A DNA stretch of 64,000 nucleotides from positions 310,001 through 374,000 of the forward strand of contig CDLV01000011.1 in assembly GCA_001244265.2 (NCBI GenBank), written 5' to 3'. The position numbers and the translations under genes were made by a program. Below are positions 22,707 through 36,311 of this stretch, piece after piece (the first letter of the stretch is position 1; each line of letters starts with the position of its first letter). Origin of the DNA: Microbotryum violaceum. Its lineage: Eukaryota. Under the pieces are notes generated by a model. It had not been told where the DNA came from. It did no database searches and saw only the letters and a program-made list of their open reading frames with translations.

Positions 22707-24312
22707 ATGTCGCTCGCCCAAGTCGAAGTGCTCGTCCCCGGCACACCCATCACCGCGCACGCCTTCAACGCTGATCGCACTCGTCCGTGCACCCCGTTTA
22801 CAGCTTACACCACCTCGAGGCTGACTCGAGCCTCTTACTTTCTCTCTCTCGTGCAGAATTGGCCATCTCGGCCAACTCGAACCAAGTGCGCATCTACGCC
22901 CAGGGCAACAAGGGGTGGCAGTTGACGTCGACTCTGAGCGAGGTCCGTCGGAGCGTCATCGGCCCATCGAGGCGCTCTCAACCCGAGTAAACTGACTTTG
23001 TCCTGCTGCTCCCTCCCCCTCTACCCACAGCACGACAAATTGGTCACCTCGATCGACTGGGCCCCCCACTCGAACCGTATCGTCACCTGCTCCCACGATC
23101 GCAACGCCTACGTCTACACCAATACCCACGGCGCATGGACCCCGACCCTCGTCGTACTGCGCCTTAACCGATCCGCGACCTGTGTGCGTTGGTCCCCGAC
23201 CGAGGACAAATTCGCCGTCGCGTCCGGCGCGAGGTCGATCGCCATCTGCCACTATGACCAAGAGAGCGACTGGTGGGTCGCCAAGCACATCAAGAAGCCG
23301 CTCAGGACGACCGTGCTTTCGCTCGAGTGGCACCCCAACTCGGTCCTGCTCGCCGCGGGCAGTGCCGATGGCGTCGCTCGCGTCTTTTCGGCTTGGATGA
23401 AGGGAATCGATTCCAAGTAGGTCCTTTTGAGCCTACGTGGGCCGTGATGGGCTGGAGCAACCACTCCCACGTCCTCTTTCGGGCTTGGGGCAAGCGAGCT
23501 GAGAGCTATGAAGAGAGAGAGAGAGACTGAATGCTGATCCGCATCCCGCAATCACTATCACTCCCGACCGCAGGCCCGAACCGAGTGTTTGGGGTGAAAG
23601 GCTACCCTTCAACACCGTCTGCGGCGAGTTCGCGTCCCCGGCCGGAGGTTGGGTTCACGGCGTCGCTTTTTCGCCCTCCGGAGATGCGCTCGCCTTTGTC
23701 TGCAAGTTCTCCTGACCACGCTATGGCATCCTTGCGATGATATGAGCTGAACAGAGACACCGTTTGGGACCCACAGCGCACGACTCGACCCTCACCGTCG
23801 TGTATCCGACTGGTGCGGACCAAGCGCCTCGCGCGGTTTACGCCGTCCAACTCACGTCCTTACCTCTGCTCTCGCTCGTCTTCACCTCGGAAGGATCGAT
23901 CGTCGCCGCCGGCCACGACTGCGAACCGATGCTCTTTGAGGGCTCGGTCGACGGTGGGTGGGCCCAGACGCGCTCGTTGGACGACCCCGACAAGCGCTCG
24001 GGCGGAAGCGCCGTTGCGGCTCGCTCCGGTCGCCTGGCTCAAAGTGAGGCGTTCAACGTCTTCCGTCAAGCCGACTCGAGGGGTGTCAGCAGCAGTGCGG
24101 CCGCCGGCAGCGTCGCCAGTCCCGGAACGAGGTTGACGGCGACGGGAACCGAATTGTTGACCGTGCACCAAAACACGATCACGAGCGTGCGCAAATATGA
24201 TTACGAAGGCGCGATGGTTTCGACGACCGGTGTCGACGGTCGCTTGGCGTTGTGGAATGTCCATGGCGAGGTTGGGAGTGTAACGCGTGCGATGGGGAGG
24301 ATGGGTGTGTGA
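22707..24312 (+). CDS. ARC40: Arp2/3 complex subunit ARPC1 (WD40)
   Basis: [49 protein letters not shown] and HQNTITSVR. Confidence 0.95.
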
Positions 24313-24622
24313 GTGACCGCGAGGGTTGGGGTAGGACGACTAACTCTTGTGCCCGTATCTGTATATGCAATACGCATTGTGTGGAAAAGTCAAGATCGGG
24401 CTTTCCCTGAGGCCGATGTCCGGCCAAAGCTGTAGTTCGGCGTGAGAAACAACAGGCTCATTGCTCTGCGCACGGAATGTGTCTGCTTGCCGGTGTGACT
24501 GGTATTACAACAACATTGGGCGTGCATGGTATCCAGCGAGCTTTTTTGACTTGCTTTCTAGCGAACTTGACAGCGTCGGCGAGTTTTAGCCTCGATAGGA
24601 GTTGACAACAGCTCGGGATCTA

Positions 24623-25092
24623 CTATCGCCCATCATCCACTTCTCCGCCATCTTCTTCGTCGCGTTTGACCAACAACGCCCACACGGCACCTGTACACAC
24701 AGGCGACGTGTGACATACCGTCGGTCAGTACAAGGTGCGGGTTCTGACGTGCCGTGCCCCTTTGCTCGACGCGCTTCGACGTGACCGATGAACCAAGAGG
24801 TGGGTACGTGCCTTTGAAGAGCGTCAACACGAGGCCAAGCTTCCGTTCGAGTGGCCGGAATTGGTTTAGGATGTAGGGTTGCATCGACGAGAGCCTCTGT
24901 AGCACCGTGGACATCTGCAGCATAAGATGGGAGGGGCACATGAGCCTTCGGGGACAGGAAGGGAAAGAGATACGCGCGCCGCACCTCGTCGAGGTTGTGC
25001 GATACGTTCGAGTACTCTTTTAGCACTTGGTCTTCGAGACGTGCGACGAGGGTGTGGACCGCTGCTGCGTTCGCGATCGAAGCTGATGCCAT
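24623..25092 (-). CDS. DAD3: DASH/Dam1 complex subunit Dad3 (3 exons)
   Basis: Spliced product LEDQVLKEY..NLDEM..FRPLERKLGLVLTLFKGAVWALL fits the Dad3 family pattern. Confidence 0.8.
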
Positions 25093-25385
25093 GCTTCGTG
25101 GTCAATGGCCGGGTGTCGAGTGATACAGTGCCAGGCGCCGACACAGACGCCGCGATGCGCGTCCCCACTGGGTAGTAATAATAGGGTCTACTGGCTCGTA
25201 AGATTCGGTCACTAATAAGCTAGCAATTCGCCAGGCGCGCGAGTTGGACTCGAGTGGGGGGGGGCCTTTGTGCAGCCTCGCATCTTGTCCAGACGGCCTG
25301 CTTGTACAGCTTGTCCCGCCCATCGACCTTCCCACTTGTACCGTTCTCGCCTCTCCTTGCTCCCCGTCCCCTCTCTCCACCCGGG

Positions 25386-28300
25386 ATGGATCCACGAGCT
25401 GCTGCCTCGATGCCCCCGCCGCCTCACGGCGCCCACGGTGGGTATGCCAATGGTGCTCCTCCCTCGCGCTCACCGATGGCCCCGCCGCCGCCTCCCCCCT
25501 TGCAGCCACCGACGGGCTTCGCCGGCCCCGGTGCTCCATCGCCCATGGGATCCCACCCGCCGCACCCGCACCCACACCCACAGCAGCAGCAGCAGCAACA
25601 GCAACAGCAGCACTTTGCCAGGTCCCCCGTCGCCGCACCTCGTCAACCGCCACAACCGCCCGTCGGGTACCCCATCAGCAATGGCCACGGTGCTGCACCG
25701 GCTGCTGCAGCTCCACGCGCCGACCCAGCGCTGGCACACCAAATGTCGCGCGTCGATCTGAACCCGCCGTCGCAGCCACAGCACCAGCAGCCACAGCAGC
25801 AGCAACAACCACTGGCCCAACAGCAGCACCAGCCCCAGAAGCAATCGTCGCTCCCTCTATCTGCGCCACCCACCGTGAGTAGCTCTCGTTCTGGCGCCCG
25901 CCCCATGTCCTGTGCCTCGCCGACCGACACGTCAACCACGCGCACACCCACGGGTCCCGACGACGTCGATGGCTCGCTCACTCTACTCTTTCCCATCGAC
26001 AGGCTCCTGCCGAAGGGTCAGCACTTGCAAAAGCCAAACGATCTGCGAGGGCCTACCACAGACCTGAACAAGCACCACCAGGTCCATCCGGCGTGCAGCA
26101 GCAGCAACAGTATGGCGACCAGCCGTTGCCTCCCCACCAACAGCAGGAGCCCCGCTACGACGACCACCGAGGTCCTCCAACGGGTCCATCCGGACCTGCG
26201 TACGGAGATTCCAACCGACCCCCGTTCACCGGCCATCCATCCTCTCAGCACCCATCGCAACACCCACCCCACCTCGGTCAGGGAGCCCCCGCCGGTTACG
26301 ACCAGCACCAGCAGCACCCGCCACTCCCGCAGGCGCCGTACCAGAATGCACCTCCCGCCTCCGGTCCCATCCAGCTTTCGGGGCGAGGAGGCTACCCGAC
26401 AGAGCAGCCAGGCATCCCGCAGCCCCCGCATTCGGCGGGGCAACGCATCCCGGGCCAGATGCGGGTGCGTATCGACCCGGACCATATCCCGTCTCCGGTC
26501 GACGTGCAGCGCATCGATCAGCAGCTTTACCAGGACGAACCTTACTTGACCTGCTCGCGGACGGCGGCTCCATTGTCAACGACCGAGTTTGTCGCTATTG
26601 ACCAAGGTCGGTCTTTGTGCCCGGTTCTGCACCCCGCGGCCGCTCCGAGCCACAAACAAGCGCATTGACCCACTCACTCTTTTTCTGGCTCGGTAACAGG
26701 CAACTGCAACCCTCGATTTATGCGCATGACGACGTACAACCTACCGGCGACCGATGACCTCGCGACGGCTTCGCATCTCCCGTTGGGACTGGTCGTGCAG
26801 CCGTTCGCGATGCTGCGCGAGGAAGAAGGCGGGGTGCCGTTGATTCAGTCCGGGGAGAGTGGGCCCGCGAGGTGTCAGAGGTGTCGAGGGTACATCAACC
26901 CGTGGTGTCTCTTCATCGAAGGCGGCCAAAAGTTCGTGTGCAATCTTTGCGGCGCGACAAGCGACGTGGCGCCAGAGTACTTCAGCCACCTCGACATGTC
27001 GCAGCGGAGGATGGACCTTGACCAGCGGCCGGAATTGCGCATGGGTTCGGTCGACTTTCTGGTCGACAAGGCCTACTGGGTGCAAGACAATCCGTCGCAA
27101 CCGGGCAAGTCGGCGCGCGAGCCCAAGCCGATAAATTACATCTTTGCGATCGACGTCAGCTGGACGAGCATGCGGTGCGGTCTCGTCGGCGAAGTCGTCA
27201 AGGGGCTCAGGGAGATGCTCTATCCGCAAGAGGAAGGGGCCGTGTCGTGCCTGGCCCCCGGGGCTAAGATCGCGATCATGACGTTCGATCGCTCGGTGCA
27301 ATTTTTCAACCTCAAGGCCGGTCTGGACCAGGCGCAGATGCTCGTCGTGTCCGATATCACCGATATGTTCGTGCCTTTGCTCGAAGGCTTCCTCGTCGAC
27401 CCCTTCGAATCGCGTTCCGTCATCGAAGGGCTCCTCGACACGCTGCCGACGCTGACGGCCGAGACGACGGTCGTCGAGGCGGCGATGAGTGGGCCCGTGA
27501 CGGCGGCTGTGATGGCTCTGCGAAACCTGGGAGGGCAGCTCAACATCTTCCAAACCTCGCTGCCGACGACGGGGATGGGTGCGCTCAAGCACCGCGAAGA
27601 CACGAAGCTGTACGGCACGGACAAGGAGAAGACAATGTTCGTACCCCAGGACCCGTGGTACCGTGCGACGGCCGAGGAGTGCGTCGAGGCCGGTATTGGA
27701 GTCAACATGTTTCTGTTTCCGACGCAGTACATCGACGTCGCGAGCTTGTCGGTTCTATCGGGCTTGTCCGGCGGCGAGGTATTTTTCCACCCTCGCTTCG
27801 CGCCCGTGCGCGACGGCACAAAACTCCGCGCCGAGATCAAGCAGGTCGTACGTCGCGAGACGGGCTACAGCGTCACGATGCGGATACGGTGTTCGAACGG
27901 TCTGCGCGTCTCGGATCACTTTGGCAACTTCTTCCAACGCAACGTCACCGACCTCGAATTCGGAACGATGGATTCGGACAAGGCGATTGCGGCGCGGCTC
28001 AAGCACGAGGGCAAACTCGACGACAAGGTCGACGCCTACTTCCAGTGCGCGGTGCTGTACACCGCCGCGAACGGCCAACGTCGCGTGCGCGTGCACAATC
28101 TGGCCGTACCCGTCACGAGTCTGCTCGCCAATGTGTTCCGGTTCGCCGATATCGACACGACGCTGACCTACGTCACGAAGGAGGCGGTGACACAAACGGC
28201 GACCAAGTCGCTGCGCGAAGTGCGAGATCAGCTCACAGAACTGTGTGTCAAGTCGTTGCTCGCCTACCGAAAGCACTGCGCATCGTCGACCTCGCCGGCG

Positions 28301-29322
28301 CAGCTCATTCTGCCCGAATCCTTCAAGCTGCTCCCGCTGTATGCCCTCGCCCTCATGAAGACCAAGGCACTCAAAGGTATGTTCGTTGATGACCTCTTGC
28401 TGTGTGATGTAAGCTGATCAATGTGTTCCTCTGCACGGGCTGCCAGGTGGGCCCGTTGCATCCGACGTGCGAACGTGTTCGATGCGAGCCGTCAAGTCGC
28501 TCGGCGTGAACTCGACCTTGCGACTGCTGTACCCGCGATTCCTCGCCATCCACAACCTTCCGGACGAAGTCGGCTTCCCCGATGAGCGTGGGCGGTTACG
28601 TCTCCCTCCTCTGATCCGGACGAGCTACGCGAGAATGGAGCCGCACGGCGTGTACTTGATTGGTCAGTCTTTCGTGTTTGTTCGCGGTTGCCTTTCGTGC
28701 TGAACTGAATACCGTGTGTGCTCTGTCGACGGCGGCAAAACAGAAAATGGCGACTTTGTCATCCTCTGGATTGGCGCGGCTGTCTCACCGCAGATCCTGC
28801 AAGACCTCTATGGCGCGGATTCGCTTGAAGAGCTTGACACTCGCATGGTCAGTGTTGCTTGCTTTCGCCTACTTGGGAGGCACGAGGCAAGCACCTGAAC
28901 GTTCTCACTTTTGCTTCCCCGCCCCCGCAGACATCGTTACCCGTGCTGCCGACCCTCTTGTCGACACAAGTGCGCAATATCCTCGCACTGTTCGAAACAC
29001 AGGCGGGGGGCAAGGTCTTCTCTGTGCTCATCGCGCGGCAAAACATTGACGGCACCGAGATCGAATTCTCCAACATGCTGGTTGAGGATTCAAATAACGA
29101 ACAAGTAAGTCGGGAAAGCGTGCGATTCTCAGCCTTACCTGCACGTGAATCGTTCGTTGACCGCTATCCCCCCAACCCCCAACCCCTCTCCCCTCTCAAA
29201 CTTGTCTCCTGCAGCTCTCATACAGCGAATCACTATGCCATATTCACAGCCTGATCCAATCGGACCTGATGGGCGAATCGAAAAAGAGCGACTTTGACGT
29301 CAGCAGTTTCTCCACCTGGTGA
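25386..29322 (+). CDS. SEC24: COPII coat subunit Sec24 (Sec24C/D, Sfb3-like)
   Basis: P/Q-rich N-terminus, zinc finger RCQRCRGYINP..CNLC, trunk FAIDVS, RRVRVHNL and QLILPESFKLLPLY. Confidence 0.95.
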
Positions 29323-30845
29323 CCTTTATTCCCCTCTTTTTATACTACGAGGTTACGATCGTATTTTCTTCCCTGCGTTGGTTCTTTTTCTCCTTCGTTC
29401 GCTCTAACGATAGATGTGTAGTAGGACGTGCCAAGCCCAGTTCAGTTGCATGTCATTTCCTCAGCTTGGGCTGGCTTTTCTCACTGCGACTTCAGTGAGC
29501 CTGGCTTTGCAGATATGTCTGTTCCAGCTTTGCAATAGCCCGACGGGCTGTACAAGAGCGTGATCCACTCAAGAAAAAGAGCGAGAGAGAGAAGAAAAGA
29601 GGAGAAGTCTGCACATCTCGGCCCACCGATAATTGCACTCCTTTTTGTTCGGCTCGCGATCTCCGCGGAGCCGCCTCGAGCTCCGATACGCGGGCGGGGG
29701 CCGACTTACTCGATCATTTGTCTCAGACATGTCTTCATCGTCAGGACACGTGCGCACGGCGAGTTCTTCCTGGGCGTAAGCGTGAGACAAGCACCACGGA
29801 GACTGCCTTGCACGAGCGAGAGCTTGACCCGTTAGGTTTGAGAAGTGCTAAAGTAGGCCAAGCGAATGGAGGGGTGGCACGATTGATGGAGGCGACCTGC
29901 ACCCAAACTTTGGAGATTTTCGTCGAGCGCCGCGGAGGAGCTGCATGTCAGGCGCCGGAGCTGTCGAAAAGGAGCCGCCTACAGTACACGCAAAAGCCGG
30001 ATCCACATCTACTAAGATGAAATGATTCTTGTCCGTGGGTGCTGTAGACCCTCTAGGTCTGACGAGGAATAATTGCAGGCTCTTCCGAGCAAGCTTGAGG
30101 TGGCTCACAGAGCGCTCGACGGCAGCCCAGATCTCGATTTCATTGCGCCCGTGTCTCACCAAACCACCAAACCTTCCCAAGTTGTCGAAGCCGATGTCTC
30201 GGATTGCGCGCATCGAGGAGACTGAGGCCCGGCAAACTTTGCAAATTAGCTTCGCGCAATATGTCTCCCACGAAGTCTGGTGCCAGCCTGGCTGAGATGT
30301 GGATGCACTGAAGAAGCCTCTTGGAATCACCTTGGCAAGTGCTTGCAGGCAGCAAGCAGCATAGCCAGAACTGAGTGGCTTGAGATATCCTGTAGTTCGA
30401 GCCGCAGTCACGCTTCATCCCTTCACACCACTATTGTTGCTCTCTCGCCTCTCCACTCCTCGATTAGAGCTACTGGATCATCCCTGTCGCTGGTCACTGC
30501 AGCTCTTGGCGTAGGTCATCAATTCCAGCACCGACGACACAAGCGCAGTCGCTCGTTCTCCAACTTCCGGCTCCATCACCCACACAGCCCGCCGACCACG
30601 TTTCGGTGTCACACTCCTTCAAGCTCTTATCTCGGCGCCCAATACTCTCATCCGAAACAATAAACACCGTTAACGGCACCTCGAAACAAAAAAAATCAAA
30701 AAATCATTCGTCTCTCCCCAAGATCTTCTTGAGCTTGGCTTTTCCTCAGTTCCGTCGCACCCTTGCAGCATAGCAGCTGTAGACGTTGAACCGTTGAATA
30801 GTACAAACCACCGCGGATCGAGCCCGATCCACACCTTCGCCAACT

Positions 30846-32693
30846 ATGATCATCCACTGGACCCTTCGATCCTTGTGGCTCTTCTCTCTTCTTTTGAGCT
30901 CGTCGGCGGTACAGATCGCCGCGCCGCCCTCGCACGACCTCGTCGCCCGGGCTGCGGCTGACGCCAGCGACCGCAACGCATTCAAGCGACACGTGCAAGG
31001 GATACGATCCCACGTCGGTTTCCAGAGGCACAAGCGACACCCAGTTGCTGAGCTGGCTGCAACTGCCGCCATCGTCCGACGTGGCAATTCGAGTAGCAGC
31101 TCCGGTAACTCTCAAGCCATCTCCTCGACCACAAAGTCGAACAGCACGTCCTCAAATTCGGCCTCTAGTGCGCTCAAGGGTTACTGGTACGGTGCTTCGT
31201 CTTACTATGTATTCCATCGCCGATGCGGATCGAATCGCGATCCTCGACACGCTGCAGAAGAATGGCTTCAAGGTGGTGCGAATCTTCATCGCCTACGTCG
31301 GTGCTAACAACAAGGGGTCCAACAACCGTCAAGTCCAAGATCGTAAGTTTCGATTTTGATGGAATACCATTGCTCTTTTTTGAATCGTGTTAGGCTTCTG
31401 CATCGCGATACTTTGGCCGGGCTAGGGAACTGACTTCGGCCCCCCTATCTTGAATTACGTCCCCGCAGTCGAGCCCAAGACGGTCGGCACCTACGACGAC
31501 ACGGTGCTGACCATGATCGACCAGCTGATGCTTGAGTGCAAAGCACGCGGCCTCAAGCTTTTGATTTCGATGTGAGTGTTGTAACACCTTGAAGGGTCGA
31601 AGGGAATGTTAAGGAATTATCGCTGACAGCCTCCAGCTATTCTCCACTGGCTCACACAGGAGCGATCGTTATCAGCTTGGCTTCTGGGGAACGGATGCGT
31701 ACGCAACCCAACTCGATATCGTGAAAGCCGGTTCTTCGGGCGTACAAAAAGTGGCGGGTGCGTCGGCTTTCTACACCTCGGCCTGGGCTAGCATCGCACT
31801 CGACAACCGCATCACCCACATTCTGAACCACAAGAACGCGCTGATGGGCAACCAGAGCTGGGCGAATCTCGATGAAGTGATTTACGCCTTTGAGGCCCAG
31901 AATGAACCTATGGGTCACATGACACTTGCGTCGCCGACTTGGGTTTGTGACCGCTCGGCGACGATCAAGAAGCTTTTGCCTTCGGGTTCGTCGATCCAAG
32001 TCTCGTCCGGCGGCGGAATCACGACGCAGGCCTCCCTCGGAGGCTGGACAAGTTCGTGCGCGTCGATCGACATCATCAGCGTACACGACTATGGTACGAA
32101 TGCCCAGGCGATGGCGAACGCCCTCAAAGCCGCCAAGGCCGCGAACCCGGACAAGACGGTGATGATGGGAGAATGGGGCGTGGCCGGGGGACAGAAGGCA
32201 AGCACGATCGCCGCGTTTGTCTCTGCCTTCAAGTCAGCTGGACTTCCTTGGATGTACTGGGAGATCGTCAAGCCTGGACAAGGCCCCGCCGATTGTACGT
32301 TGCGCGGCGGATCCCTCCTCTGCGAAGGCGTTTGCTGACCTCGAACTTGGTTTGCTGTACTCTTCCCGCGTCACAGTCGAAGGGTGGACCAACGAAGGTG
32401 CTTGGGGCGCTCTGGTTGGTGGGTCTTACTCGAACGATCCTGTCACGGTGACGACGGCGGTTGCAGCTCGGGCCACGTCTCAACCCGCGACGACTCAAGC
32501 CGCGCAGGTGCAATCGACGAAGTCCCAACAGACACAGGCCCAAGCTTCTGCATCGGCGTCCGCGGGTGTCAACAATGGACAGAGCAAGGCTGCTTCGTCC
32601 GTTGGAACTTCCGAGCATGCCTCAACCGCGGCCGCGACCAAGTCGGCTTCGAACAAGGGCGGCAAGAAGGCCGATGCCGGTTCCTCGCGTTAG
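30846..32693 (+). CDS. Secreted glycoside hydrolase, GH5/clan A (mannanase-like); apparent frameshift at ~31207
   Basis: Signal peptide, VVRIFI, acid/base FEAQNEP, SVHDY, nucleophile MGEWG and an S/T/A-rich tail. Confidence 0.8.
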
Positions 32694-33200
32694 GGGTTGC
32701 GGATGTGGGACTGGACCCGCTCGGCGGGCGCGTGTTGTCCCTCCCAATCGTTAAACTATACCTGGCGCAGTGACCGCAGCGCCCTTTTAGCGATCTTCTT
32801 GATGACGACTTCTTTTTCAGTACCCGTGTTGCTTGTTTCTCTACTTTTTTCATGACCGACTCGAGGGCTCCGAGGTTTTTTCTGTCTTATGACGTAGTAG
32901 CATATATTATTTGTTTATCGGATTGGGCTGTAAAATGGTGATCCACATCGTCTACTTTGCTTCTGTGTCAAGTGCTGCACCCATGCGGATGCTATAGTCT
33001 GGTGCAAGCGCCTGCTAGTCCGCTGCTTGATATTTCAGCTTCTCGCGCATGACATCGTCTGATCAGGTCTGATCCCGAGTACGCGCGCTTGCTTTGAGAT
33101 AACCTCTCGAGCGCTTATAGGCTTCCGAACGTTCCAGTGCCTCCTCCAAGAGCGGCCCCAGGACTCTGGTCACAATCCTGATCGCGTTTCACCGACCGTT

Positions 33201-35522
33201 ATGGCCAACTCGACGATGCAGGCGATCGCTCCTGGCACTAGAACGAGTTCGTCCGGTGGTGGCGCGGGTGGAGGAGGAGGAGGTGGTGGTGGTGGGGCTG
33301 CAGGGGGACAGGACTGGTCGCGTGTGCTGTCGTTTCTGGACCGCCTGTCGCCGATGATGATGGGTCGTCTGTACGAGTCGCCTTCAAGTTGTCTCTGTAT
33401 CTTCAGGTACGTGTCACTCATCCGAAGCTCCCTTCGGTCAAAGTCAGGTGTCGCCCGGCGATGACGTCGGGGTCGGTGTGCGAACTCACGTTTCGGTTTC
33501 GAGTTGAGCTGACACGAGGTGGCCATGAAACGACCCGATCAGGCTGCTACCCGAGACGGCACGACACGTCGTACTCGATATGTTGTGGTACGACCGGCCA
33601 GTGACGTACAGCGATCTTGCCTTGTGGATTCGACAGCGGCGAAGCGACGGTGGCCGAGACGGCGAGCGGAGGTGAGTGTCACCGCAAACTTGGGGGATCT
33701 CGCTCAGGGTTCATACTTGACTCACACGCACACAACCACGCACAGGCATCTTGACATGACGTTGAGCGCGCTTGCTCGATTGCACATCCTCGCCGAACCA
33801 TTCTCGCGCCCTTCGGACCCACAGGCAACGGCCCATTTTGACCGCGAGGTGCAGCTGGGAGCACGCTTTCGAGCGAGTTTGAAGATGGCATTGACGGGAG
33901 GGTAAGTGGCTGTGTGCGTGGGTAGCTGCTGGGGGCAAGTGATCATTCGCTGACTTCGCGATATATGGCCAACGAAGGGGTTCCCGTGGCTCCTTCGGTG
34001 ATCCCAGCGGGGAAGAGGATGCTCAAGTAACTCTGACGTTCCTCGATCAGTACGCCGAGACGCAGTGGGAAGTAAGTCGATTGCGTATCAATCGACCCCG
34101 TTCGATTCTTTATTTCGGGCATAGAAGATGACACTACACCCTGTTCAATCGGCAGATGATCCAGCATTTCATGGTCGGCTCCTCGATTCCGGGAATTCAG
34201 CGACCTTCCGATGGGGTGTTGAACTTGCTCATGAAACGTGGACTGATGACTGCAGCGTGGGTGGCTTCGATCTTGTGAAATATCAGAGAGTGGGGAAACA
34301 ACGTGCTGATACTGGCACGCGGACTGTTTTGCAGTCCAAGCTCGCCGAGGACACTCTCGATTACCTCGCCCGGATTTCAATTTCTGCTCGAGGACATCAA
34401 CACACAGCTCTGGGATTTGTTGCTACAATATCTAGATGAAGCACCTGTCAGTTGGCCTGTGGAACTTGGGCAGCCTGTTTCAGGGTGCGAAGCTTGATGC
34501 GCTGCTGAAGAGATGCTGATTACTTGCAGGATGTTGTCGAGGTTCTTCGGTTCTTGTTCATGTTGGCCTCCTTGGAACTCGGTCGAGTAAGCTTTCGCGA
34601 GTGATACTTTTTGGGCCCATCGTATTGAGTGTTGCTCATGCTTTTGCTCGCTGTACGGCTCTAGGGCTATTCGGCACGGCATCTGTCAACAATGGAGAAA
34701 CGCGTGCTGCAGGATCTATGCAACTACGGGCTTGTGTATCGGCCGACCGGTGCTTCAGACGCGTACTACCCTACACGTTTGGCGACGACCTTGACATCCT
34801 CGGCCCCGCCGCTTGTTTCTTCTCGACATGCCGACGAAGAACGCGGCTTTGTAGTACTCGAGACCAACTACAAGGTGTACGCATATACCTCGAATCCGCT
34901 ACAGATTGCGGTGCTGAACTTGTTCGTGCACCTGAAGAATCGCTTCCCGAATCTCGTTACCGGCCATATCACACGCGACAGCATTAGACGGGGGCTTTCT
35001 AATGGTATCACAGCAACACAAATCATCTCTTACCTCTCCAGTCGCGCGCACCCCCAGATGCGTGCCGATGCGATCAAGGAGGGTGCAGCCTCCATTCTCC
35101 CAACGACTGTCGTGGACCAGATCCGTTTGTGGGAGCAAGAGGGACAGCGGGTGCAGACTTCCGAAGGTGGGCACCGAGTCATGACGGAACAACAATTGGG
35201 AATAGGACTGCTTGCTGACGTCGTACGCATGTATCGTAGGGTATCTATACGACGATTTTCTCGCGTCCTCAGATTACGAGTTGGTGGCGAACTACGCGCG
35301 CGATCTTGGAGCAATGCTGTGGGAATTGCCCTCGGCTCGCAAGATGTTTGTCACAGTGGACGGACATGCACAACTAAGGTACTTTCCCCTTGTCTTCGCG
35401 GCCATGGGGCTCAGCCGCGCGCAAATGAGTATGTCACTGAGTATTAATCTCTTCGGTACGCTAGGGAATTTATCAAACGGAGGATAATAGCGGCAGGGGG
35501 CGGCAACGCTGGAGGAGCGTAG
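33201..35522 (+). CDS. TFB2: TFIIH subunit Tfb2/p52
   Basis: [49 protein letters not shown] and [12 protein letters not shown]. Confidence 0.95.
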
Positions 35523-35729
35523 ATAGTTTACCCTCCGGTCGAGTGCTTGATAGACGAAATTTGTTGTAAAAACATGTACGCCTAGTGCCGCTCTATCGGG
35601 TCGTCAGCGGGGTTTTAGTCTTTGATCCTCTCAAGGTTTGTAACGTGGGCGTGGCCAAGATGACCCTGTAGTAGAGTGCGCGGCGCAGAGAACGCATCGG
35701 TATCGGTCTGAAACACCAATTGCGGTTAT

Positions 35730-36060
35730 ATACGCCCAGGTCCGGCATGGAGATCCCTATACCAAATGCTTCACCGAGGCAACAGGGTGGGAAGATCAGT
35801 CACGGGCCGCAGATCCGCCACGCCCAGCGCGTCTATCTACGTCCCCGGCTATACAAGAGCTGGTACTCGAAGCCGTCCGTTGGCACCTTCATCCCGCTCG
35901 AACAAGGAGCCTTGTCATCGGTCTGTGCTGCTCTTGATCCCGAAGTTAAAGAGAAGCATCTCTTAAATTCGTACCAAGTCTCCGTTTGCAAGGTTCAGAA
36001 TACGTCCCATGCAGGCGCGAAGACTCGGCGCTCGCCAAACAATGCTGGATATGCCGGAGC
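35730..36060 (+). pseudogene. Possible remnant of a short-chain dehydrogenase C-terminus
   Basis: IPLEQGALSSVCAALDPEV resembles the QGA.s.lyaA..Pev tail of retinol-dehydrogenase-like SDRs. No Rossmann N-terminus seen. Confidence 0.3.
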
Positions 36061-36311
36061 AGCTCGTGATAGAAAACGTTGGCGGAGTCTAGTACAGGGT
36101 ATGCGTATCAATCTTGCTCTTCATCAAGAATTGCCTTTTATCATGTTCGCATTCCTTCCAGAAATGAGCGTGTGCGCCACAACCCCCTGTGGCCCCCGGT
36201 CACTGACACTGGCGGATGACTTCCAGCCGTGTTCGAAAAAAATGCAAAGCAATCTCTGTTTGTTGGTACAACAAGTCCTCCTGCTAGAAGATGCGAAAAG
36301 TCCGGTCCATC

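Noticed and set aside
29560-30420. ORFs between SEC24 and the GH5 gene
   Set aside because: No recognisable motif or consistent exon structure.
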